Part shown: positions 37,637 to 47,113 of the stretch, piece by piece
How the letters are laid out: the number at the start of each line of letters is the position of its first letter
How positions within the stretch are numbered: the first letter of the stretch is position 1
IMG/VR virus record: IMGVR_UViG_3300032046_000001
Location: 248,421 to 312,420 of that record
Strand: one strand, 5' to 3'
Length of the DNA stretch: 64,000 nucleotides
Notes under the pieces: generated by a model
Databases searched by the model: none
What the model saw: only the letters and a program-made list of their open reading frames with translations
Told to the model about the DNA's origin: nothing
Program-made: the position numbers and the translations under genes

Positions 37637-38620
37637 TTAATTTCTCTTATCTGCATGGATTAGATCATTATAATCGTATGCAGATGTCATGATACAACTC
37701 GTCCAATTACATCCCTCACAAACTTTATTTTGGTCATATTGTAAATTATTTTTCAATTCATCCAGATTCATTAAATATTCATCAATTGTCATTGATGGTG
37801 TTTTCAATCCTCTGATTCTTAAACATAACCTAACCATACCATCTGCATCGATAACAATATTATCCAGTGATTGAACATGGCATTTGAAATTATAGGGTAA
37901 ATTTTCATATAATATCTTCAAACTTTGAGGCATATGAATATTATAGTTTTTTGCCTGTTCTAATATTTCTTTCAATTCAGGTGTTTTGTGGACTATCAAG
38001 TCGCTATTTTTTTCTATTCCAGCAAAATCATAATATTTATTTTTATAAGCATCAATAAAAGATATTACACTATTGATACCATGACCAGTTAAAAGTTCCA
38101 ATGTTTTAATTAAATATTTATAATTTCTGCTATCACATGTTACTTCCGCAACAGGATCTTTTATTCTGTCTTTATATTTTAATAAACAATTCAATCCATA
38201 GAGACTTTTAAAATATCTGTCCTTATCATACTGTTCACTGAATATTATGGGGTCGATTGAAGTTGTAAAACCCATTACTTCTCCAACTTCTGAAAAAAAT
38301 CGATCTAATAAATCTGTACATGTACCATTAGAAATTATCGTGTATAAAATACTGTTTTCATTACAGTATTTTATAATATCAATTAAGTCATTATGAAGTA
38401 ATGGTTCACCTCCCATAAAAATATGAAAACATTCTGGATTATTAATTTTCATCAAGTCCAGTATTTTCACTATATTAATATATTTAATTTGATACTTATT
38501 AAAATAATAAATATTTGGATATGGAGCATCGAGATAATATTTTGCAATCCTACAATACTCACAGCTTAAATTACATTGTCTATTCAAAAACCAAGTCATG
38601 ACCTTTATATCTTTTATCAT
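37637..38620 (-). CDS. Radical SAM enzyme with C-terminal Cys cluster
   Basis: CNLSCEYC, FMGGEPLL, ISNG, IDADG.V.LC, CEGCNWTSC. Confidence 0.9.
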   Translation of the reverse strand: MIKDIKVMTWFLNRQCNLSCEYCRIAKYYLDAPYPNIYYFNKYQIKYINIVKILDLMKINNPECFHIFMGGEPLLHNDLIDIIKYCNENSILYTIISNGTCTDLLDRFFSEVGEVMGFTTSIDPIIFSEQYDKDRYFKSLYGLNCLLKYKDRIKDPVAEVTCDSRNYKYLIKTLELLTGHGINSVISFIDAYKNKYYDFAGIEKNSDLIVHKTPELKEILEQAKNYNIHMPQSLKILYENLPYNFKCHVQSLDNIVIDADGMVRLCLRIRGLKTPSMTIDEYLMNLDELKNNLQYDQNKVCEGCNWTSCIMTSAYDYNDLIHADKRN

Positions 38621-38675
38621 TTTAACTCCAAATAAAATAAAAACATTTAATTTTTTTTAAAAAAATTAAAACATC

Positions 38676-38711
38676 AAATAAGGAGAGAGAATAAGTTCTC
38701 TCTCCTTATTT
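38676..38711 (-). terminator. Perfect 16-bp hairpin terminator after porin operon
   Basis: AAATAAGGAGAGAGAA-TAAG-TTCTCTCTCCTTATTT. Confidence 0.75.
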
Positions 38712-38732
38712 AGCCACCATCATCGGAACATC

Positions 38733-38999
38733 CTACTTCTTCTTAGTCTTTTCTCGTGGGAAATAGGCGGGTGATTGTAGATAATCCTTCATCCAGTGAT
38801 TTCTTTCAGCCTTCTGGAAGTTCTGATACTGATCATAATTCATGCCATAATTATGATAATACTCGGCATCCCGCTCCAATTTGTTTTGACCACAACCAAA
38901 TATAGGCATAAATAACAAAACACATACAATACATATGAAATAATTTTTCATAAATTTTCTCCTATAAAGGGAAGGAAAATATTTCTCCTTCCCAGTCAA
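38733..38999 (-). CDS. Small lipoprotein (probable start MKNYFICI)
   Basis: LLFMPIFGC lipobox. Confidence 0.65.
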   Translation of the reverse strand: MTGKEKYFPSLYRRKFMKNYFICIVCVLLFMPIFGCGQNKLERDAEYYHNYGMNYDQYQNFQKAERNHWMKDYLQSPAYFPREKTKKK

Positions 39000-39030
39000 T
39001 AAATCTGGTTGATGGTCTGATCAATCAGAA

Positions 39031-40026
39031 TTAAAAGGTGTATGTCAAAGCACCAATGCTCTGGTTCTGACTAAGTTGCCAATCGGCATAGTGTGTCAGT
39101 TCGAGGTCGAGATTTTTGATTCCAGTTGGTAAAGTAATCGCTACTGCATGACCATTATCGAATGGGAAATCAATATCAGCCATTATTGATTTCGAATCAA
39201 TTTCTCGATAATTATAGTCAACTGTTACCTCACCTATTCCTAACTTGGCACCAGCCAACCAGGACACAACATTATCACCAACAGTCACAGCATAATCACC
39301 GTATATAGATGATGTATCATAGCCGATTTCAGCCATTGCCTCCCTATAGGCATTCCCTTCATAGAAATCATAATATCCGACTGCTCCAACAATATATGCC
39401 TTATCGCCGATCTGGATGCCGATCTGACCACCATTCATAACATCATTGAAATATCCACCAGTGGCAAAACACGAAAGAGTCCGGTCATCATTAACAGCGA
39501 AATAGTTGGATGCAACACCTTCTCCACGAAAGACATCAGTATCGAACAAAAGACCAGAATCACCAGGAGTCTGAAATGGTAATTCGCTTTTACCGAGATG
39601 TAATTCAAGACCTGGAAACAAATCCGGGGTAATATTCAAATTGGCAACATCAATCATGGCATCATCTTGTTGTTGATCACCAACTTGTTGGGTTCCAGTA
39701 TTAAGTCGAAAATACAAATCGGCCTGATTATCCAAAGCAATACCGAGGCCAAACCGGATGCGATAATCCTGGGAATATTCATTGAGTTGGTGATCATACA
39801 ATGTGCGATAACGGGCATCACCATCAACAAAGAATTTAGAAGGATCTGTAACGCCGGGATTTTCTCTCTCGAAAATTTCCCACTCTTCCTCAGCGGTTTC
39901 AGCATAGACGGTATCCTCAGTTCTGAGACTGGTGGTTGTACCTTCTTCATAGGTGTTGAAAGCATAGACATTGATATGAGCAAAGAGCACCAACAATAAA
40001 ACAAACACGACATAATACTTTTTCAT
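39031..40026 (-). CDS. Putative outer-membrane beta-barrel (porin-like)
   Basis: Signal peptide, amphipathic beta strands (RIRFGLG, YFRLNTG), C-terminal ALTYTF aromatic beta-signal. Confidence 0.7.
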   Translation of the reverse strand: MKKYYVVFVLLLVLFAHINVYAFNTYEEGTTTSLRTEDTVYAETAEEEWEIFERENPGVTDPSKFFVDGDARYRTLYDHQLNEYSQDYRIRFGLGIALDNQADLYFRLNTGTQQVGDQQQDDAMIDVANLNITPDLFPGLELHLGKSELPFQTPGDSGLLFDTDVFRGEGVASNYFAVNDDRTLSCFATGGYFNDVMNGGQIGIQIGDKAYIVGAVGYYDFYEGNAYREAMAEIGYDTSSIYGDYAVTVGDNVVSWLAGAKLGIGEVTVDYNYREIDSKSIMADIDFPFDNGHAVAITLPTGIKNLDLELTHYADWQLSQNQSIGALTYTF

Positions 40027-40103
40027 AGTTTTTTCCTTTCGAGTAAAATAGATTTAACATCAATTTAAAAACTTGGTATCAAATATCAATTTTTAAATTA
40101 TTT

Positions 40104-40376
40104 TCACCTCCTTTCAAAAAGATCCTCATAAATTTCATCCTCAGTATCACCAACTGGTAAATGTGGTGGACGTGATGTTGATCGTAACTTCTGACAAACA
40201 TCCTGATAAAATTTTTGTTTCCATGCTAACTCTTGATCTTCTTCGTCACGTTGACGAGACTTAACGGCTTCTGCTGTCTCATGAATAACACCAGACAATC
40301 CCTCTTCTAATTCAAAACTTCCATCTTCGGTTATTATAATAACCATTATATTATCTCCCATACAAAATTTTGACAA
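40104..40376 (-). CDS. Hypothetical protein
   Basis: ORF track, first gene after motif copy 5. Confidence 0.55.
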   Translation of the reverse strand: MSKFCMGDNIMVIIITEDGSFELEEGLSGVIHETAEAVKSRQRDEEDQELAWKQKFYQDVCQKLRSTSRPPHLPVGDTEDEIYEDLFERR

Positions 40377-40393
40377 AGAAACGGTTTTATAAT

Positions 40394-40413
40394 ATCACAT
40401 ATTAATATATATA
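40394..40413 (-). promoter_or_regulatory. Conserved intergenic motif, putative phage promoter (copy 5)
   Basis: ATCACATATTAATATATATA, 19/20 to consensus. Confidence 0.62.
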
Positions 40414-40430
40414 ATTCACTTAGGTCATAA

Positions 40431-40937
40431 TCAGAAAAATATGAATTTTTTCTTCTTTTTATCAATATTGTTGGCTATTATATCAGAATAGATATACATG
40501 TCTTTGGCAACAATGACATCTAACTTCTTTTTGAAAATACCATCATATTTTTCATATCCAATAACAATCACATTTTTTAACTTTACTTTGGTGAGTATAT
40601 ACATCACACTATTTATTCTTCGATATTTATTAAATTCCAATTTAGCATCTTTTAAATTTGTATAGCAGTGATATCCTGATCGATAATGTCTATCAAAATT
40701 ATTTTCAGGTTGATATCCAAAACCAGGAACATATGATCGTTCTTCACCACTACACAATAATATATTTTTTTCATCGTGATACCAACAGCCTAAATAATAT
40801 TCACCATATAGATATGGAGAAGCTAATGAATGTCCATCATACCAAAAAATTTTATATCCCTCAGTTTTATCATCTGAATAATAAGGATCGAATGATTTAG
40901 TTATTTTATAAAGACACATTCTATCAACTAATATCAA
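40431..40937 (-). CDS. Hypothetical phage protein
   Basis: ORF track. Confidence 0.65.
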   Translation of the reverse strand: MILVDRMCLYKITKSFDPYYSDDKTEGYKIFWYDGHSLASPYLYGEYYLGCWYHDEKNILLCSGEERSYVPGFGYQPENNFDRHYRSGYHCYTNLKDAKLEFNKYRRINSVMYILTKVKLKNVIVIGYEKYDGIFKKKLDVIVAKDMYIYSDIIANNIDKKKKKFIFF

Positions 40938-41265
40938 TCAAATAATTTCCAGGTATAAGACATCTATTATAGACAAGACATTCTAATATCCATTCAGTCT
41001 TAATACCACAATAACCTGTCTCTTCTTCAATAGTATTCTCATCATTGGTTTGTAAAAAATATTTCATTTTTTCCATGAATCTTTTAAAGGATGGTTCATC
41101 TTTTTCGGTTTTACAATCATTCCCAATATTTTCATATAATTGATATGTGTTTTTATGAAAATAATCGATATATTCCGTTATATCAAATTTATTATTCCCA
41201 AAATCATATTTCATGATACTATCAATATCTTTATGGTGAATAATAATAACTTCTAATTCTTGCAT
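40924..41265 (-). CDS. Hypothetical protein
   Basis: ORF track; ends GNYLI like its neighbour. Confidence 0.6.
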   Translation of the reverse strand: MQELEVIIIHHKDIDSIMKYDFGNNKFDITEYIDYFHKNTYQLYENIGNDCKTEKDEPSFKRFMEKMKYFLQTNDENTIEEETGYCGIKTEWILECLVYNRCLIPGNYLIDIS

Positions 41266-41277
41266 AATTTATTCTCC

Positions 41278-41535
41278 TCAAATAATAATATAATTTCCAG
41301 CTTCAATAACTTCTTTATGACATAAATCATTTAATACTTCTTCAACACGATGTTCACATGATCCAGTCTCAATCACTTCTTTTATACATCGATCGAATAT
41401 CATCTTACCATTAATATTTGGAAAATATCGTCGAAAAGTTGCGATTCTAATATTTTTGCAGTATATTGTTTTAGTAATATTTTCTAATTCTTCCATTGTA
41501 AGTTCAATTACTTCAACTTTTCTCATCAGTAACAT
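41278..41535 (-). CDS. Hypothetical protein
   Basis: ORF track; ends GNYII. Confidence 0.6.
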   Translation of the reverse strand: MLLMRKVEVIELTMEELENITKTIYCKNIRIATFRRYFPNINGKMIFDRCIKEVIETGSCEHRVEEVLNDLCHKEVIEAGNYIII

Positions 41536-41539
41536 CCTT

Positions 41540-43738
41540 TCACAATTTTAGTTCTTCATCAGCCTCAATCTGGTCGATATGTCGATGACTTATTAGAAAC
41601 ATACATTTATTTTTTGTTAAATTTTTCAATACTTTAGATACTCGATAAATATTCTCATCATCAAGTGTATCAAATATCTCATCAAATAATAATAAATTAA
41701 ATTTAATATCTTGCACACTACTTTGTAAATCACAAAGAGTCAGAATTATGGCAATATCTAAAATTCTAACTTGACCTGCTGAAAAATTTTCTCTTGAATT
41801 AGATAGTGTAACATTATCAAGTACATTCAAACTTATTTTATCACAATACTCATCAGAACTCTTTAATTTTTTCAATGTATCAAATGTGACAATATATCTA
41901 CCAAATGAAATATCATTTAAATACTGAGCAATACGTGTATTCATAAATGGAATTGATTCATCAATCAACATACTTTCAATTCCACTTTTTGAAAACGCAT
42001 CTTTCCAGAATAATAGAACATCATTCTTCTTTTTTAATTCAATATTTTTTGATTTTAAATTTTCAATTTCAGTCATTGTTTCTTTTATCTTCTTATAACA
42101 TGACTTCAATCTACTATCATCATATTTTTCAGATTTTTTTAATTCAATTAATTCTTGATATTTTTTAATATCAGCTTCAGTTGATATTATTTGATCTTTC
42201 AATTCTTGAATTTTAAGAACAATACGATTCAACATATCTTTTTCTAATTCAAAATCTTTAATTTTTTCAGTTAGTTCTGACCTTTGTTGTTTTATATCTT
42301 GAGTTTTATTTGTGACTGCTTCGTTCGCTAATTTCTGTAGTTCCTGAAGTGAATTTTTAAAATTTAAATCAAGTTCTTTTATATCTGCTTCAAATTTTGA
42401 TTTTAAATTATCTGTCTCACTTTTTATAGTAGTAAACTGACTATTTAAATCTTCTGATTTTTTCAACCATTCACTTTTTAATTGTCCGATTTTTAAATAT
42501 TGAACTTTATTCTCTTCTTCTAAATTTTTAATTTTATCTTTAAGAGATTCAATATATTGATTTAACTTTGTTTTTACATCTTGGTCAATTACCTGTTGAC
42601 ATGTTGGACACACAGACACAGTATTTCTAAAAATATCATTAAAAAATTTTTGTCTCTCTTCATCTAAATTTATAATAGTTTGTTTACTAAATTGAATTGA
42701 ATTCTCTATGGTTTTAATTTCATTACTAACAGAAGCCTCATCTAATTTTTTATTAGATCTAATTATATTTGACTGATCATTCAATTTTGATAACGTAGAA
42801 TTATAATCATCGGTTAATTTAATCTTCTTTTGACTACGAAAACTATCCATCTCGTATTGTTTATTCTGAAGTTTTATTTTGATTTGTTCAATGATATTAT
42901 TTAATTGAGAATCTAATTCTAATAATTGTCGATTATGATTGGATAATCTATCATTAACTAACTCTAATTTAATATTCACTTCATTATCATTTAATTCGGA
43001 TAAATTATGTTTCAGTTCAACTCCACGACTGTTCAATCTTATAATATCATTCTCATATTCTCTGACTTTATTTTCTTTTAACTTACCAAATTCGTCTTTT
43101 TCTTTATTTAACAATAGAATATGATTTTTCAGGTCTTCAATTATATAAGTTTTCGCTGAATTTTGATTTTCAATTCCAGTTGATTCTTTTTGAAGTAATT
43201 CTATAAGTTCAGATGATTTCTTGTTATATGTGACATAATCATCTAATTTTAATATTTTTCTGAAAATTTCTTTTTGATCAGTATCACTTAATTCAGTAAA
43301 GAAAGTTTTATTTTTCTGACCAAATAACAAAGTACTGAAAAATAATTTTTTAGGAATCAAGATTTTTTCTAATTCGGCAACTACTTCTTGACTTCCTCTT
43401 TTATAAAGAACACCATCTCTTGTTAAATGTGCAGTATCTCCAAGTTTTGTATGACCATAATATCGTTCAGCTTTATAATGGGTATCATTAATATCAAATT
43501 CAACATAGGTATAACAATCTTTCTGGGTTCGATTATTAATGGCACTTTTTCCTCTTATACCTTTACTTGTAGCACCAAATAACGTGAAAGGAATTGAATC
43601 AAATATTGTAGTTTTACCAATACCATTCGGACCATGAATCAAAATAAGTTTATTATTTTGAATTTCAATTTCAAATAATTCATCTCCATAACAACAAAAA
43701 TTTTTAAATCCGATTTTTTTAAAATTAACTTCTTTCAT
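41540..43738 (-). CDS. sbcC: SbcC/Rad50-like (gp46-like) ATPase
   Basis: GPNGIGKTT Walker A, long coiled coil with CPTC zinc hook, FSAGQ signature, LLFDEIFD. Confidence 0.93.
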   Translation of the reverse strand: MKEVNFKKIGFKNFCCYGDELFEIEIQNNKLILIHGPNGIGKTTIFDSIPFTLFGATSKGIRGKSAINNRTQKDCYTYVEFDINDTHYKAERYYGHTKLGDTAHLTRDGVLYKRGSQEVVAELEKILIPKKLFFSTLLFGQKNKTFFTELSDTDQKEIFRKILKLDDYVTYNKKSSELIELLQKESTGIENQNSAKTYIIEDLKNHILLLNKEKDEFGKLKENKVREYENDIIRLNSRGVELKHNLSELNDNEVNIKLELVNDRLSNHNRQLLELDSQLNNIIEQIKIKLQNKQYEMDSFRSQKKIKLTDDYNSTLSKLNDQSNIIRSNKKLDEASVSNEIKTIENSIQFSKQTIINLDEERQKFFNDIFRNTVSVCPTCQQVIDQDVKTKLNQYIESLKDKIKNLEEENKVQYLKIGQLKSEWLKKSEDLNSQFTTIKSETDNLKSKFEADIKELDLNFKNSLQELQKLANEAVTNKTQDIKQQRSELTEKIKDFELEKDMLNRIVLKIQELKDQIISTEADIKKYQELIELKKSEKYDDSRLKSCYKKIKETMTEIENLKSKNIELKKKNDVLLFWKDAFSKSGIESMLIDESIPFMNTRIAQYLNDISFGRYIVTFDTLKKLKSSDEYCDKISLNVLDNVTLSNSRENFSAGQVRILDIAIILTLCDLQSSVQDIKFNLLLFDEIFDTLDDENIYRVSKVLKNLTKNKCMFLISHRHIDQIEADEELKL

Positions 43739-44279
43739 TACTCTTCCTTAATTTTTTAAAAAAATAATCTTTTATTAAATTATTATCAATAATAGATCTT
43801 TCTTTATTTTTTTGCCATGTTATATACCAAGGACCATCTTCATCATGAGTCATATTTGATAATTGAATTCCTGTAAATTTATCGAAAGTTTTATATATCT
43901 CATTTAAAAATGATATTTTAAACTCATCATAAATCATTGGTATGAATGGTTTTCCTCCATCATAATCAATAGCATAACGAGTAATCGGATCATTTCCAAA
44001 TTCAGACACAAATTCAAAATATATTTGTGGTATTACAATACCATATGACCATGCTTCAATATGTGAATTAAATAAGATATCATTTTTGATTGCTAAATAA
44101 TATCCATAGGATAAATATAATAAATTTTTTAATTTCATAAGATCTACACCAAAACTATAAAGGTGCCAAAAATAATTAGCTATGGCTTTGACATTTAAGG
44201 AAGAATCTACAATTGGAATACAATCACACTTTTCCAAAAGGTAGATTCTCTCTTTTAAATAATTATAGTGTTTTATCAT
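43725..44279 (-). CDS. Panacea (DUF4065/GepA/SocA-like) antitoxin domain protein
   Basis: IANYF, MKLKNLLYLSYG, IEAWSYG.V.P.IY, LSNMTH..DGPW. Confidence 0.82.
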   Translation of the reverse strand: MIKHYNYLKERIYLLEKCDCIPIVDSSLNVKAIANYFWHLYSFGVDLMKLKNLLYLSYGYYLAIKNDILFNSHIEAWSYGIVIPQIYFEFVSEFGNDPITRYAIDYDGGKPFIPMIYDEFKISFLNEIYKTFDKFTGIQLSNMTHDEDGPWYITWQKNKERSIIDNNLIKDYFFKKLRKSNERS

Positions 44280-44749
44280 TTTCGTTGAAATATTATTGTT
44301 CCTCTTGATGGTCCATTTAGTATAGTTGGTAAATATGAAAAATCAAATATAATATCAGAAAACTTTTTTCGAATATCACATTCATAATCAAGTAATTTAT
44401 CCATTAATTCATCATCATATTGATTAATATCTAAATATATTTTTATTGATATTTGAGAATCATATTCATGACATTGAACAATCTTGATGACTTTCTCAGA
44501 TTTAATAAATTCAGCAATAATTTCTTGTAAAATCTCATCATCCGTTGATATTTCTTCTATTGTTATTCGAAAAGGTGCAAATCTTAATATTTCAATGCCA
44601 CATTCTTTACAACGGACTATCTCTTTTTTACCTTCTTTGAATGATAAGTAAGACGAAACAAAACACTCATGCCCATTTTGACACAATCCAAACTCGCCAT
44701 TTATTTCTTTTCTACAATCCACAATTTTCCATTGAATATTTTCTTTCAT
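44276..44749 (-). CDS. Hypothetical protein with N-terminal zinc ribbon
   Basis: CQNGH...CKECG. Confidence 0.6.
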   Translation of the reverse strand: MKENIQWKIVDCRKEINGEFGLCQNGHECFVSSYLSFKEGKKEIVRCKECGIEILRFAPFRITIEEISTDDEILQEIIAEFIKSEKVIKIVQCHEYDSQISIKIYLDINQYDDELMDKLLDYECDIRKKFSDIIFDFSYLPTILNGPSRGTIIFQRK

Positions 44750-45063
44750 TCAATTTTATTCTCCATAGTTCCATAAATACCGTCATAACTGTGAATATAA
44801 CCATCGTATATAAAATCAAACAAAAATATGGTTTCAGCTTTTGTTATATTTTTAAGATGTATTCCATACTTTTGGAAATGATCATCAAAAATTTTTTTTA
44901 ATCTTGAATTTTTATATTTCCTGGTTTTCAAATATGACTGAATCTTTTTTGAAAATCTCTCGGCTTTTTCTAAATTATCAAAATCTCTACTACAATGAAT
45001 AAAACCATTATCTCCAGCACCTGAATTATATTGATAACAGATAAAACGTACTTGATATTTCAT
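44746..45063 (-). CDS. Hypothetical protein
   Basis: ORF track. Confidence 0.55.
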   Translation of the reverse strand: MKYQVRFICYQYNSGAGDNGFIHCSRDFDNLEKAERFSKKIQSYLKTRKYKNSRLKKIFDDHFQKYGIHLKNITKAETIFLFDFIYDGYIHSYDGIYGTMENKIE

Positions 45064-45293
45064 TCAATCTTCTCTAATGGACAATTATCACTAATTATTC
45101 TACGATCTGATGTTGGTTTTTTTACTTCTTCTAAAGTGGCAATTATATCACCATTATTTTCTGGATGATGACATAAAAATTTACTTCTATTATAATTTAA
45201 ATAATTCATTTCTAAATGACAATAAGGGCACTCATCACAAAATTTTTCTATAATCAAATTAATTCTTCTTTTCATACATCCTCCAAATTCCAT
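45060..45293 (-). CDS. Cys-rich hypothetical protein
   Basis: CDECPYC...CHH...CPL. Confidence 0.55.
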   Translation of the reverse strand: MEFGGCMKRRINLIIEKFCDECPYCHLEMNYLNYNRSKFLCHHPENNGDIIATLEEVKKPTSDRRIISDNCPLEKIE

Positions 45294-45435
45294 TTTGATT
45301 TTTTCATGATATCACGTATTGGATGACAATTACAATCAGGTTTATCTTTAAAATCTGATTGCCATATCCATCGCCATGTTAATAATTTACCACAGTATCC
45401 ACAAAATAAATATCGTTTTAATTTATTTATTATTT

Positions 45436-46455
45436 TCATATATCATCCGTACACGCATTTATAATTTCAAAACCAATAGATAAATAGTTATTCAGTTCAC
45501 TTTCTGGAATCTCTTTTATTTCTAAATATTTCTTTAATTTTTCTTCCATTGACATATTGATTGTTAATCCACGATTTGTTATATCTTTGATTGTTTTATC
45601 AACAACATTGAATTCATCTTTAATATCATCGGTATCTACTTTATCTTTTTTGACTATATTAATATGATGACCTTGTTCTTTTAAATACCGAGCTTCATGA
45701 ATAATTTCATTTTTATTTTCACTAGTGACTTCAAATTCGTAATGTTTCTTGTATCCCTGCGTTAAAACACTTTCAATTATATCAATATCAGTATCGACAA
45801 CCAAGAATCGTTTGTCGTCATTTTTCTCACCCCAATCCAATTGGATAAGAGATCCGACATAGTACAATCTAATATCATCTCTTATTATTTCTTGGGATTT
45901 ATGATAATGGGATAATAATACTGTTCCATATTTTCCAATTAATTCTGATAATCTAATGTCAGCAATAACACTGATACCAGAATTTAATATTCCTTCATTT
46001 AAACCGAAATGTGAAACTAAGTATCTTGCAGTATTATTTTTGATGACATCAACCATTCCATATGAATATGGAATATACATGATATCACCTATTTTGGTGG
46101 GTTTTGAAATTCGAATAACATTTGGTTCATTATCAACACATGATAAAGCCGATACTACATCTTCACCACGTCCTGAAAGGTCATGATTACCATCAATTAT
46201 TGTAAATCTCAAATTTTTATATGATCTGATAAAAGATAGGAATATATTCATTGCTAAAGAATGAATAATTGATTTATTATGAAATACATCACCAGAAATA
46301 ACAATATTTTCAATATTATTATCAACAGCATAATTTGCCATTTGATATAATATCATATTGATATCGTGTAATCTCTCTGGTAAATTCGATTCATGATTTA
46401 TTCTATCATTTGAATATTTACTGAGATGAATATCTCCTGTGAATAAAAATTTAAT
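45436..46455 (-). CDS. sbcD: SbcD/Mre11-like (gp47-like) nuclease, apparent non-canonical ATT start
   Basis: 33 in-frame codons upstream of ATG 46356 read (I)KFLFTGDIHLS (DxH motif), then SGDVFH, DGNHD, SHFG, SHYH. Confidence 0.88.
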   Translation of the reverse strand: MKFLFTGDIHLSKYSNDRINHESNLPERLHDINMILYQMANYAVDNNIENIVISGDVFHNKSIIHSLAMNIFLSFIRSYKNLRFTIIDGNHDLSGRGEDVVSALSCVDNEPNVIRISKPTKIGDIMYIPYSYGMVDVIKNNTARYLVSHFGLNEGILNSGISVIADIRLSELIGKYGTVLLSHYHKSQEIIRDDIRLYYVGSLIQLDWGEKNDDKRFLVVDTDIDIIESVLTQGYKKHYEFEVTSENKNEIIHEARYLKEQGHHINIVKKDKVDTDDIKDEFNVVDKTIKDITNRGLTINMSMEEKLKKYLEIKEIPESELNNYLSIGFEIINACTDDI

Positions 46456-46706
46456 TATTTATCACTCCTTTCATATTTTAAATTATCCATTATATCTAAA
46501 ATTGAAATTAATTGATTATATATACAATCTCTTTCTTCTTTTTCAGAATATACTAATTTTATCGGTTGTTGATTCTTATAAAAAATAACTAAATAATATA
46601 CCCAATAATAACATAATTCTTGTTGTTCTCGCTCTTCGGCATCTTTTCCGACACACAATAATTCATCATTAATATTTACTATTGATTTTCCATCACTTAT
46701 ATACAA
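46455..46706 (-). CDS. Hypothetical protein
   Basis: ORF track. Confidence 0.55.
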   Translation of the reverse strand: MYISDGKSIVNINDELLCVGKDAEEREQQELCYYWVYYLVIFYKNQQPIKLVYSEKEERDCIYNQLISILDIMDNLKYERSDK

Positions 46707-46709
46707 TCT

Positions 46710-46904
46710 TTATTCTCCTATTATTTCTAAACATCTTTTACATGTCACTTTCGATTTATCTGTAGTAGATGAAATTCTCCTCGCTGTTTTACCACAAAGA
46801 GTATTAGGATCTTCTGGACGACATTTCCCTGAAACCATGTGAACCCATTGATCATAATTTTTTCTCTTCTTTGGAGCGTACAGACTTGGCATTTTTGAAA
46901 TCAT
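46710..46904 (-). CDS. Small zinc-finger protein
   Basis: H...TLCG...VTCKRC; paralog of the next gene. Confidence 0.6.
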   Translation of the reverse strand: MISKMPSLYAPKKRKNYDQWVHMVSGKCRPEDPNTLCGKTARRISSTTDKSKVTCKRCLEIIGE

Positions 46905-47113
46905 TCTAATTTACCATCTTGTTTTAAAATTTCAATACATCTTTCACAAGTGACTTTATCTACAATAAATGTCCTTTTAACTTTCTTCGTTCTGTCACCA
47001 CAAAGAGTTTTACACAAATAATGATCATAATGATCATATGAAGGATAGTGTATTAATTTATAATTACTGTTTTTCACAACATATAAGAGTTTTGTGGGAA
47101 TTTTTCTTTTCAT
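46901..47113 (-). CDS. Small zinc-finger protein
   Basis: H...TLCG...VTCERC. Confidence 0.6.
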   Translation of the reverse strand: MKRKIPTKLLYVVKNSNYKLIHYPSYDHYDHYLCKTLCGDRTKKVKRTFIVDKVTCERCIEILKQDGKLE

